Assembly: GCF_006345805.1 (NCBI RefSeq)
Contig: NW_021836594.1
Span: forward strand, 1-23,505
Direction of reading: 5' to 3'
Length of the DNA stretch: 23,505 nucleotides
DNA from: Octopus sinensis
Lineage: Eukaryota
The notes under the pieces are model-generated. The model had not been told where the DNA came from. It worked only from the letters and a program-made list of their open reading frames with translations, and made no database searches. Shown here one piece after another: positions 9,381 through 19,246 of this stretch (position 1 is its first letter; the number at the start of each line of letters is the position of its first letter). The position numbers and the translations under genes were made by a program.

Positions 9381-9530
9381 TACAATACAAGAGTTGAATC
9401 GTTGGTGTAACCACGATGTTCTGCTGATTTGATGAGCCAGCTTTCGTTATTTGAATTGATCTTTGAAAATACAATTCTATGCATGCCGGGTATGCATACT
9501 GATTCAAGGCTGCGAAACGTGTTTAAAGAT

Positions 9531-9734
9531 ATTTCAAAATGTGACCGCGTGTGTACCGTTGGCGATTTTTTCCCCTGTCTTCCCTTCTCTGGATCTTTCC
9601 TTCTCCTATGTTTCGACGAAGAGCTCCGCTCGAAACGTTAAACCCTCCTTCTTTCCTGAGCATCCAATAATACTATATTTGTTCCACATCCTCACGTTGT
9701 TGTGTCTTCTTGGGCTTTCTTGTTTGGATTAACT
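9531..9734 (+). mobile_element. Penelope-type pseudo-LTR-like unit P1 with a decayed hammerhead motif, copy 1
   Basis: Homologous to 21211-21427 with the same ends; contains GTTT-CGACGA-A-GAGCTCCGCTC-GAAACGTT-AAAC at 9610-9643. Confidence 0.65.
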
Positions 9735-9763
9735 ATATATATATATATATTATATATATATAT

Positions 9764-9897
9764 AGGGAGAGTTTGCGGAAAAAAACAAAAGACGAAGACA
9801 GTTGGTGTACAAAACAAACAGATGTATTAGTATAGCGCTCAGGAATAAAAAAGTCTTTTACGTTTCGAGCCTACGCTCTTCTACAGAAAGGGACAGA
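9764..9897 (-). mobile_element. Penelope-type pseudo-LTR-like unit P2 with a hammerhead motif
   Basis: Minus strand CTTT-CTGTAGA-A-GAGCGTAGGCTC-GAAACGTA-AAAG (9855-9890); its 3' part matches the plus-strand fragment at 18762-18848. Confidence 0.6.
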
Positions 9898-10189
9898 AAA
9901 AAAATGTGTGTAGTGGCTTACGATCTATCATGACTGACTGACTGACTGACTGATATACATACATACATACATACATATGTATTATGCATGTATGTACATA
10001 CTCTAATGTATTTTCAACAGTAGTCATGCTTGCTTTCATCTATAATAATAAATGCCGAAACTAATTTCTGTGTGTCACACTTTGACCCCTTCTCTTACTA
10101 TTCAATGATGCTTCTGCTACTCCTCTTGCTATGGTGAGAGTAATAGTAGGCATAGAGACGATGAGAACAGTAGTAGATTGGCATTTGTG

Positions 10190-10433
10190 ATGGTAATGGG
10201 GTGATAGTGATGGTATGAGCTGTAGTTGTGATAGAGGCGGAGGCGACGGTGATGGTAGCTGAGGTGGTCAAGCATGACGGTGATAGTAAGGGATGTGAAA
10301 AACAGCGGTGGTGGAGGGGAAGGCGGCGAAGTCAAAGGTGTTGATGGTGGTGGCGTCAGAAGTCTGAATGGTTTGTGTATGGCAGTTGTGATGGCGATGT
10401 TGTTTGTACTGGTAATGGTGATGGTTGAAAACA

Positions 10434-10479
<46 letters not shown>

Positions 10480-10490
10480 AAGAGATTAGA
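10190..10490. repeat. Degenerate (GGT/GAT)n low-complexity tract followed by (GA)n
   Basis: Trinucleotide-derived G/T-rich tract, then a GA run at 10437-10487. Confidence 0.85.
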
Positions 10491-10818
10491 CAGAAAAAAT
10501 TGTACTGACCGCCGAATAGGAAGACAAAAGTTGTTGTTTATCCTGAAACTTTGCAATAAGTTCCATGCCAACATATTAGATTATTATTGTTTTGACGAAA
10601 ATTGTTCATTGCTTGAAAAATATTGGTGAAGATGAATACAATTTAATACGTACACAATGCATTATTGGACTGAAGGCCCGATGAATGGCCCGCCACAGAA
10701 GCTAGCTCGAAAGCCGCCTAATAGGGCGGCTTCTAAGCTAGTTTCGAATATGCGCGCGTGAATATGTACGTGTGTATGGAGAGAGAAAGAGAGAGAAATA
10801 AATAGGCAGACGGACTGA

Positions 10819-10819
10819 C

Positions 10820-10868
<49 letters not shown>
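10819..10868. repeat. (GATA)n microsatellite
   Basis: Directly visible. Confidence 0.95.
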
Positions 10869-10869
<1 letters not shown>

Positions 10870-11057
10870 GTGTGTCTATATGAAGGCTCTAAAGAGCGAA
10901 TCAAACTGTACGTTTGGCAACTCATGTATCAATTTATTTATTCTGTTCCAGCCTTGAGTTTTAGTTTGTAAATTGTCTTTTATGCGACAAGCGAATATAT
11001 GCTTACATATATACATATATAACATACATACATATATAACATAAAAACATATAATAT

Positions 11058-11116
<59 letters not shown>

Positions 11117-11304
11117 CAAACTTACAGGGAAAAATTCAATTTAGAAATACTAAATCAAATTTCACAAAAAATTATATATATATATATATAAATTAGATAA
11201 AAACCAGTTTATCAGTTCAAAATGAAAAATTAAATTACACCATCTAGAAAATTACATATAATAGAAAGATTAAATATAAGATTATATATATATATATATT
11301 ACTC

Positions 11305-12571
11305 AAAGGACATCCAACTTTGATTTTCACGTTTTATTTACAATCTTATGATAATATGATAAAAAGATAATATAATATACAGAAATGATATAATATTAAA
11401 TGTCCATTCTGTTTGAACTAGTACTTTCATTCATTAAACTATGCAATCTTCAGGTTCATGTAGTAGTGGTGACAGTTATGTTTTACAATTTACAATTGTA
11501 AAATGTGTGCCTTGAATACATTTGTATAGGCTCCAGAAAGATAAGTTTTGCAGACTGTATTCCGACCAATCAGTGTGTGTGGCTTCACTAAATTACTTGA
11601 GCTGATTGGTGTTTGGTTTAGGCGTCACGGTTTGGTGAACATGTCAAGAGACTTGTATTTTGACCCTGGCCAAAGCAGTAATTGTTTGGCTATTTTTAGA
11701 AAATGTTGTCAACATTTCCCAGGGATTTGTTGTCGTGGGTGGTAGTGGTGGCGGTGGTGGTAGGAGTAGCTGTGGTAATAGTACTATAAAACCCTAAATA
11801 AGATTATTTTTATTGACTTTTCTTTTGACTGAACTAGTATTTTCTTGCTATTGTCATCATGAGAAGCTTTAGTACTGTTGTTGTTGTTGTTGTTAGGGGT
11901 AGTTGTCGTAGCAGTAGAAATAGTACCTCTAAATATTATTATCGTCGTTGTTTATTTAGCTTGGGTTGGAATTTATCAATAAAGTTCTTTTCTCTGGTTT
12001 TTCTCTCGATTTCATTTGCACTGTGTAAATTGTAGAATGGAAATATTATTAATATTTTCCGACCACATGTTGCTAAATGGTTACTCAAGGTATCTGACGG
12101 ACATCTGGGTCTCTCATTTGCTGTCGATACACACGTAAACGTTCTGATAGAGCATATCCAGTCTGACCCATATATAGTTCTTCACAATTCGGGCATTTGA
12201 TGCAGTAAATTAAATTTCCGCTTTTGCAGTTCATATTTACGTTTGTGAATATTTTTCCGGTTTTTGTGTATATTGGTCGGTAAGTATGAATTGGCATGTG
12301 CCACATCGGCTACCATTGCATTTAGACACAGTGAATGATTGGTCTTTGTTGCTAAGGTCAAACTTTGCCTTTGTTAATAATGTTTTCAAATTTTTAAGCT
12401 GTATTTTACTAAGAACCATAGCTCGATCCGTGATTATATCTTTTAATTCATTACTTTGAGCAATGATTGGTAGGTTTGCTTTGGCAATGTTGAGGATATT
12501 CTTGCGACATGGGTTGTGTGCCATTATAAATGGTATGACTTGATCTTGTTTTCCTCTCCTTTGGGTTGTCC
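11305..12571 (-). mobile_element. Penelope-like element, 5'-truncated: linker, GIY-YIG endonuclease and 3' pseudo-LTR
   Basis: Frameshifted ORF with QVIPFIMAHNP, the Cys motif CNGSRCGTC, NLIYCIKCPNCEELYMGQTG and REKNFIDKFQPKLN, stop at 11939-11941; downstream noncoding tail carries a hammerhead and AATAAA. Confidence 0.88.
11414..11458 (-). ncRNA. Minimal type I hammerhead ribozyme motif in the PLE pseudo-LTR
   Basis: TGAAC-CTGAAGA-TTGCATAGTTTAATGAAT-GAAA-GTAC-TA-GTTCA: intact core, 5-bp stem I, palindromic AGTACT stem III, imperfect stem II. Confidence 0.7.
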
Positions 12572-12917
12572 TCTCTCTCTCTATATATATATATGCATGA
12601 TATGCAGGTACATATACCAAAACACGCGTGCACACGTATGCACAAACGCACGCGACGGACACACACACACATACAATCACACAATCACACATACGTGCAA
12701 AACAAGGAGGAGAAAAATCAGTACACCCAATGTCCAAGGTAGAATAAAATACTATTTCGTTAAAGCCAAGAAAACTTCTCAAACAGCTGCTCAGAGTTTC
12801 GCGTTCTCATTCATCGGACAGTGGCGATAATAAAGTCTAGTATTATCACAACTGCCTGATTAACGGTTACGTGAAATTTCTAGTGGCAGTTTGGCATTAA
12901 AGTAATAATATAATATA

Positions 12918-13200
12918 ACTAGCACTATGACCCGGCAATGACGGGTCATAATGCTAGTCTCTCTCTATATAAAACTGAGAATGTCTGTCTGTCTGTCTGT
13001 GTGTTTCCCTAAAACTTGAGAACTACACAACCAATTTCATTCAAATTTTACACATGCCTTACTTAAGGTCCGGGGAGTGTCATCGGAAAAAAAAATTTTA
13101 ACTTTTTCTTAGGGCGACTCCACAGCAATATCATATCTTCTCCACTATTTCAGTATTACGTGTTAAAAGTGAAACAAAAACATCTCTCTATTGTAATGGA
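12918..13200 (+). mobile_element. Non-autonomous Helitron-like element: palindromic CTAG terminus joined to a TC 5' end
   Basis: 17-bp inverted repeat ending CTAG (12918-12958), then TCTCTCTCTATATAAAA and (GTCT)n, typical of non-autonomous Helitron 5' ends; right boundary uncertain. Confidence 0.6.
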
Positions 13201-14035
13201 GACACTTTCACTTTAATACTGAAGCTACCAACCCACAGTCGACGCTACGGCGACCAGAGCTCGCTCTGGACGACGTAGAGGCGACTGTACACATGGGTTG
13301 GGTTGGGAGTATTTCCATTCTATATTGAGAACTATAGCGCGAAGGCAGCATAAAAAAACAACCCTTCCTCAATTGTTGGCAGATTTACCTACTCCGCATT
13401 GCGAGCAGTGCAACCAGATGCGTCTTCGTCAAAGCTATTTCTCCCCCAAAACAAATTAAATAAAATTTGAGATACGTGGAACGTCAAAGCTTCTAACAAA
13501 AACAGGACAGTGAAAACATTCGGTAAGGGCTGTTTAACCCTAACGAGGTGAAGTGTTGAACGCTGGAGAAAAAAAGCTTTGTCAAGAGACAGACAAGAAT
13601 GCGTGTTATAGTTATAAACTGAACGAGAAGAAAAAGAATTACATTTAGAAATAGAGATCTATAATTATTGAGGACAGAATTTCAGTTAGAAATAGAGAAC
13701 TATAAATATTGTATTATGCATAAAGCGGTGGCTTACATTCGCGGCTTCCAATTTCTCTGTAAAATATAAGATACTCGCAAAATCATCGCACATGTCACCA
13801 TCGATTACAAACACTGGTGGAAGATAAAAGTTCCAGAGGACATTCTTGTACTTTCGTTTGTACAATGATCGTATTATGTTTCGGCTTAAAATAAATTATA
13901 GATACAAATATAATGTATAGAAATATATAAAAACCAGAATAGAAAATAAACGTCTAAGGCATATAAAATCAGATAACATGATATATCAATGTGTTATAAA
14001 CTTGAAACCTACTAGAATATCATAGATTATATATA

Positions 14036-16092
14036 TCAAGTCATCCAATCAGTTCTGTCCAATTTTACCTTTTTTTTTTAGATTTGAATGAAATTTAATA
14101 GTATTTTCAAATGTCTAATTCAATTAAAAATTATTTTTATGCATTTGTGTACGTTTAAACTAATTCAATATTGTTTTACAAAATAATAGAGGGTGTCCAC
14201 AAAGTCTGCGTACATGGGGATTAACACATACTTTGAAAACAAATCACCTTTTTGCTGCCTTGCTGTTTGGATGGATCCATCTAATGTGGATTTCCTCGAG
14301 ACCAGTATAGAAGATTCGGTCTGTTAACCTCACCATTTACATAAAACGTAGCTTTGTCACTGAACAACAAAGTTTTTCGTAAAATAGATATTTTCATCCA
14401 ATTTATCTGAAAACCATTCGCACGTCTACATTCGTCTTCATTTAAGTGATGCAATATCTGTAGGTTGTATCGATGAAACTTTTCCTCAACCAGCATTTTG
14501 TGGGTGGTTGGTTTTGGAACACCTAACACCGTCAATGTCCGACGAAGTGATTTCTTTGGGCGAGCAGAAACTTTAGCCATGACAGCCTCTTTCGTTTCAT
14601 CTGAAGTCTTTGGTCGCCCGGAACGGGGTTTATCCAAAACACTGCCTGTTTCTTTAAATTTCTTGATCAATTTCCCGACGGCAGTAAAAAAAATAGGTTG
14701 CCTACAAGGGTGTCGAAGATTAAATTCTTCCGCAATTTTGCGATAAGACCATTCCTCTCGTCCACTTAATGATACTAACTCGATTCTTTCTTCTTTAGAC
14801 AGATCCATCATTCGATCTGGGATTCTTTCTTCTTTAGACAGAGCTATCATTCGATCATCTGTAGAAAAATAACAAATAAATTTAGAAAAGTAAAGTATTT
14901 TTTTATTTAATTTAAACAAAAGTAAAAAAGGAAAATTATTATTTCTTATATTTGTTTATGTTATGATTTTATTCCATGTACCCAGACTTCGTGGACACCC
15001 TAAAATTGCTTTGATTAAAACCCTTTCAACATGGAAGTATCCAAGGAGCATTTAAGGCACATATAATTCTTTATGAGTACAATAAAGGTAACTCTGCAGC
15101 CAAAGTGACTCGAAACATACACTCAGTTTATGGGAAAGTGCTTGAATGAAAGAACTTGCAGGAGATCGTTTGCAGAATTGAAGATGAAGATCGAATAGGA
15201 TGTCCAGTTGAGTTTGATTATAAGCTCCTTGAGGCACTACTTGAAGAAAATCTGTCATTATCAGTTGAAGAATTGGCAATAAAGCTTACTCCAAACCATC
15301 GTCATCTTCAACAACGTGGAAAGATTCCTAAACTTGGAAAATAGGTGCCTCATGTATTGTCCGAAAGCAACCGCAAATCCCGAGTTGACATCTGCTCTTC
15401 TCTCCATTCTCGCAAACTCATTTCACCCTTTTTCGATAGACTTGTGACGAAAAATGGATTTTCTATCGAAATGTTAAACGTCGTAAACAGTGGCTTGGTA
15501 AAAGGGAAAATGCTCAACCACAACCGAGAAGGGAACTTCATGGGAAAAAGGTTCTACTCTATCTGGTGCGATTGCAAAGGCGTAATTCACTTTATATTGT
15601 TACCACCTAATGCAACAATCAATGCTCAAGTTTACTGTCAGTAATTAGAGCGTTTGAACCAAGCTTTGAAGGAAAAAAAGAGCCGCTTTAGTGAGTCGAA
15701 AATGAGTGATGTTTCATCAGGACAATGCGCAACCCCACACTGCAAAGATCACATCACAGAAGATCGAAGAGGTCGGTTTGAAAAATTTTTTTCATCCAAC
15801 TTCTTCTCCTGACCTTACTCCTTCAGGATACCTTTTGTTTTATAGTTTACAGAATTATTAGGGGGACACAACTTTCGCAAGCCAGGAGGAGGTCGAACCT
15901 GACATTTCAGAGTTCTTCGCTTTGAAACCAAAAGAGTTTTACATTGATGGGATTAAAAAGCTTGTAAATAGATGGAAGGAAGTCATAGATAATCAGGGAA
16001 AGTACATTGATGATTAACTTTCAATTAAATATAACATTTGACCACTTGGATTCTTTATCCAAAATTCGGACAGAACTTATGGGATGACCTTA
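14036..16092 (+). mobile_element. Mariner (DD34D-type) element with both ends, inactive, interrupted by a Tc1-like element
   Basis: Degenerate TIRs GTCATCCAATCAGTTCTGTCC (about 14040) and GGACAGAACTTATGGGATGAC (about 16068-16088); broken ORF 15031-16017 with MEVSKEHLRH, *VPHVL, DEKWIFY, HQDNAQPH and SSPDLTPS. Confidence 0.9.
14189..15001 (-). mobile_element. Internally deleted Tc1/mariner element nested in the mariner 5' UTR
   Basis: 28-bp TIRs AGGGTGTCCACAAAGTCTGCGTACATGG (26/28 match); ORF 14281-14919 retains the HTH (KFKETGSVLDKPRSGRP) and FSDKATF...WSRGNPH, but the rest of the catalytic domain is deleted. Confidence 0.92.
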
Positions 16093-16100
16093 GATATATA

Positions 16101-16816
16101 CACCGGCGAAAATATATTTAAGACCGACGATAAAAGTTCTATTTCTTACGAAATATTTTGTTGCTAACACCATACAAATTATTTTTATCTTTTACACCTT
16201 ATGCAAAATTTATTTCTCTTTCGAATGATGCAAACAATTTTTATACAACTTGAAGAATTCTAATGCTAAATTAATATATATTTCTTTACTGCCCACAAGG
16301 GGCTAAACATAGAGGGGACAAACAAGGACAGACAAACGGATTAAGTCGATTACATCGACCCCAGTGCGTAACTGGTACTTTATTTATCGACCCCGAAAGG
16401 ATGAAAGGCAAAGTCGACCTCGGCGGAATTTGAAGTCAGAACGTAATATAAACGTTTCAAATTTACCGGCAAAATTAGTTTAATACCATGTAATATGTAT
16501 GCAATTTTTTTGGCCAAAATGGGTGGTCACACAACGAGCCTAAATGCACCATATAAAGTTATAACTTAATGTTATTATACAATTTATTAATAATGGGAAA
16601 ACAACGTAGCCTTAGTCCAGTCACGAGAGCAAAAATCGTATATTACAGCAAAGGTTTCCTTTTCGAACATCAACAAGCAACTAAAGTGCAGTAAACCGGC
16701 TTGCGTGCAAGCGTGGAAGTTATACTCGGAGACTGGTCAATATAAAGGACTAGTAACAGAATATTTTGTAAGAAATAGAACTTTTATCATCGGTCTTAAA
16801 TTTATTTTCGCCAGTG
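16101..16816 (+). mobile_element. Tc1-type deletion derivative with about 66-bp TIRs
   Basis: Arms 16101-16166 and 16751-16816 (CAC(C/T)GGCGAAAAT...); residual N-terminus MGKQRSLSPVTRAKIV from ATG 16593. Confidence 0.85.
16279..16446 (-). mobile_element. SINE-B2, 5'-truncated monomer, inside the Tc1 derivative
   Basis: Reverse complement of the B2 body and tail ending GTGGGCAGTAAAGAAATA. Confidence 0.92.
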
Positions 16817-17063
16817 TGTATATTATATATATATAATGTATATAAAACGTAAATTTTAATGGAGATAACCTGCAGTATATAGTACAACATTTTTGTCTCC
16901 GTATATGAGCTAAGTATTAATAAAATGTGGTATAGGATAAAAATTTCGGATATTTGTCTTAAAACATTCAGACAAGAAAATTCAGATGTAGCACATGAGG
17001 TATTATTCCATACGAATATACACATGTTTATGTTAAGAGTTTCATGATAAAAATATAGAAATA

Positions 17064-17630
17064 TTGTGTTGTCCGGAAAGTTCGTGCCGATTTATAGTAG
17101 CTTATCTTTCGACTTATTTTAGAACATGTTTGAGTCCATAAAATAGGATTTGACTACACCTCCATTTAGAACACAGTTTAAGCTATCTTTTCGTGGAAGA
17201 AAGTTTATATTCCTATAACCTGTGTTAATTCTGTAACCCTTTAAAATAAAAGATGAGAAAGTTCATTTTCGGCACTTGATGCTTTGGGAACCAGACAAAA
17301 ATTGCTGCAGCTCGGCTGCGATGTGTTACCCTCACCCTTCCTATTCCCCAGATATTGCTCCATCGGATTTCCACTTATTCAGGTCTCTGCAGAAAAGTTT
17401 TAATGGTAAAAATTTCAATTCCTTAGATGACGTAAAAAGATACCATGACGAATTCTTTGCCTTGAAACCACCCCAATTCTGGGAAGAGGGGATTTTCAAG
17501 GTAAAGGAAAGATGGAGACGTATTGTGCAATGAAATGGTTCAGATTTGGTTCATTAAAAATGTAATGGCAAGTATTTAGTGACCTTTTACTTTCCTTTAA
17601 AAATCGGATCGAACTTTCCGGGCAACCCAA
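17064..17630 (+). mobile_element. Mariner internal-deletion derivative (567 bp)
   Basis: 30-bp TIRs (26/30 match) with TA on both sides; N-terminal KVHFRHLMLWE fused to C-terminal HPSYSPDIAPSDFHLFRSL...ERWRRIV. Confidence 0.93.
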
Positions 17631-17720
17631 TATAAACATAACAATGAAATACGAATATAAACATGAAAAATAAAAACCTAAATTGAAAGAGGCGATTAAA
17701 ATTTTTTTCCTAACCTGCAG

Positions 17721-17825
17721 CCGTTTCAGAAAAGTGGTTGTACGAGGTATTCGAAATTCAGCCTTCCTTCCTCAGGGTTCCTTTCTCGAGGTAAAATCTA
17801 CCAAAAAGCAGTAAGGCACTATATG
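17721..17825 (+). CDS. Candidate internal coding exon of an unidentified host gene (alternative acceptor at 17776)
   Basis: Acceptor TTTTTTCCTAACCTGCAG, donor ATG|GTGAGT, 105 nt, one open frame: PFQKSGCTRYSKFSLPSSGFLSRGKIYQKAVRHYM. No homology recognised. Confidence 0.45.
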
Positions 17826-18183
17826 GTGAGTATTCAGTTGGTAAAAGTTCAGCTTAATTTCTTTATTACCCACAAGAGGGGGACAATACATCATGATTTG
17901 GGGTCATGAGAAACGGATGAAATTTACATAAAATCGAAAACAAGATCGAGGAAATCGAATGATACACAAATTTTTACAGCACAACATAAAAATGACACAT
18001 GGAGTGGGAACACCAGGATTGCCGACCCCACGAGCCCTGCTTTTCCCACTGAAACTCGGTAGCTAACTCACGGCGTGCTCATGTGGCCACTCTCACTCGC
18101 AGCAATCGTGCCACACGCTTTCATCTTTTCTCAAACTCACACACAGACAGACACCTTTTCTCTATCTCCACCTTTCTTTTTAG

Positions 18184-18234
18184 GTGGAACCTGAAAAAGT
18201 TCAGCTTCTGAAGATTTTCGAGATTCACGTTTAA
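18184..18234 (+). CDS. Candidate terminal coding exon
   Basis: Strong acceptor CCACCTTTCTTTTTAG, phase 0 matching the previous exon, VEPEKVQLLKIFEIHV*, AATAAA at 18282-18287. Confidence 0.45.
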   Translation: MEPEKVQLLKIFEIHV

Positions 18235-18761
18235 ATAAGAAATGAAAATCATTGAAAGGTTAACATGCAAATAATCATGAAAATAAAAGCCAATGGGAAT
18301 ATTCCACTACAATAACAAAGAAATTATATAAGATTTTAGATTTGTGCATAAGTATTCATTGGATCTAATCCAGGTAGTATTTTCAAAAAGCTTTACAGTT
18401 TTATATTTTAAAAATTTAATTTTAAAGTTTAAGAAAATTATAAGACGCTGAATATTTATGCTTACAACATACTAAAATGTCTGTAATTTTATTTAATAGT
18501 CTGCTTTTATTTTTATGACCTGCGTATAGTATGCTACTCGATTCCTTGATTCAAAGCCTATACGATTTAGTATATGTGTTCTATGGTGTTGATTCAGTAA
18601 TTATCGATCATCGTTAATTATACTCAATGTTAGACTGTATGAGGTGGTTAATGTATGATGCTAATATCGTGGAATTTTTTTATATAGGGGTGAATAAATG
18701 AATTCTTGTGTCCCCTATATTTATTTTTAAAATCAGTAGTACTCCCTATATAAATTTTCCT

Positions 18762-18848
18762 AAGTCCGGAGCATTAGACTAATACACCTGTTTGCTGTTT
18801 TACACACCCGTCTTCGTCTTTTGTTCGTTTCTTTTGTAAATTCCAAAT
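18762..18848 (+). mobile_element. 3' fragment of a P2-type pseudo-LTR-like repeat
   Basis: GGAGCATTAGACTAATACACCTGTTTG...GTCTTCGTCTTTTG is similar to the reverse complement of 9764-9845; ends in (TA)n. Confidence 0.55.
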
Positions 18849-18871
18849 ATATATGTATGTGTGTGTATGCA

Positions 18872-18907
<36 letters not shown>

Positions 18908-18908
<1 letters not shown>

Positions 18909-19244
18909 TAGCAGTATCACCCGGTGTTGCTTGGGTTTCTTTCGATCCTTTAGAATTGGAATTTTTGAAAAGTAAAAATTTTGCATTATGCAACTTGTTA
19001 TTCTCTTCAAGTGAACATTTTTCCTGTTGAAATACACTGAAAAATGGCGACACAGCAGTCAAAAATCGTTAAAAATAGGGATTTTCATAGAAAAAAAAGC
19101 ACCTTTTTTATGTAAATAATTTTTGGTGTTAACATGGTCCGATTTGAATTTTATCTTCTACAGAATGACGAGCAAGCCTTCTATCATACTCTCAATTTTG
19201 GTCAACTTGTGCAGCAGGGTCTCGAAGGAGATAGTGTTAGTTGA
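18908..19244 (-). mobile_element. Non-autonomous Helitron-like element, 3' part
   Basis: Minus strand ends CCCAAGCAACACCGGGTGATACTGCTAG followed by T: GC-rich subterminal hairpin plus CTAG (18908-18911); 5' end not seen. Confidence 0.65.
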
Positions 19245-19246
19245 AT

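Noticed and set aside
9391-9510. Minus-strand exon candidate with two open frames
   Set aside because: Weak donor, no recognisable peptide, and the acceptor overlaps a GCGAAACGT repeat remnant.
10274-10489. Gly/Val-rich ORF with an apparent transmembrane segment
   Set aside because: Derived from a degenerate (GGT/GAT)n tract and a (GA)n run.
10951-10966. Possible 16-nt micro-exon after TTTATTCTGTTCCAG
   Set aside because: Too short to distinguish from chance without RNA data.
13383-13522. Segment with a good acceptor and donor (CG|GTAAGG) and a CEQC motif
   Set aside because: Stop codons in all three frames.
13465-13575. TWNVK...ERWRKK resemblance to a LINE endonuclease N-terminus
   Set aside because: Only two short motifs separated by stops; insufficient support.
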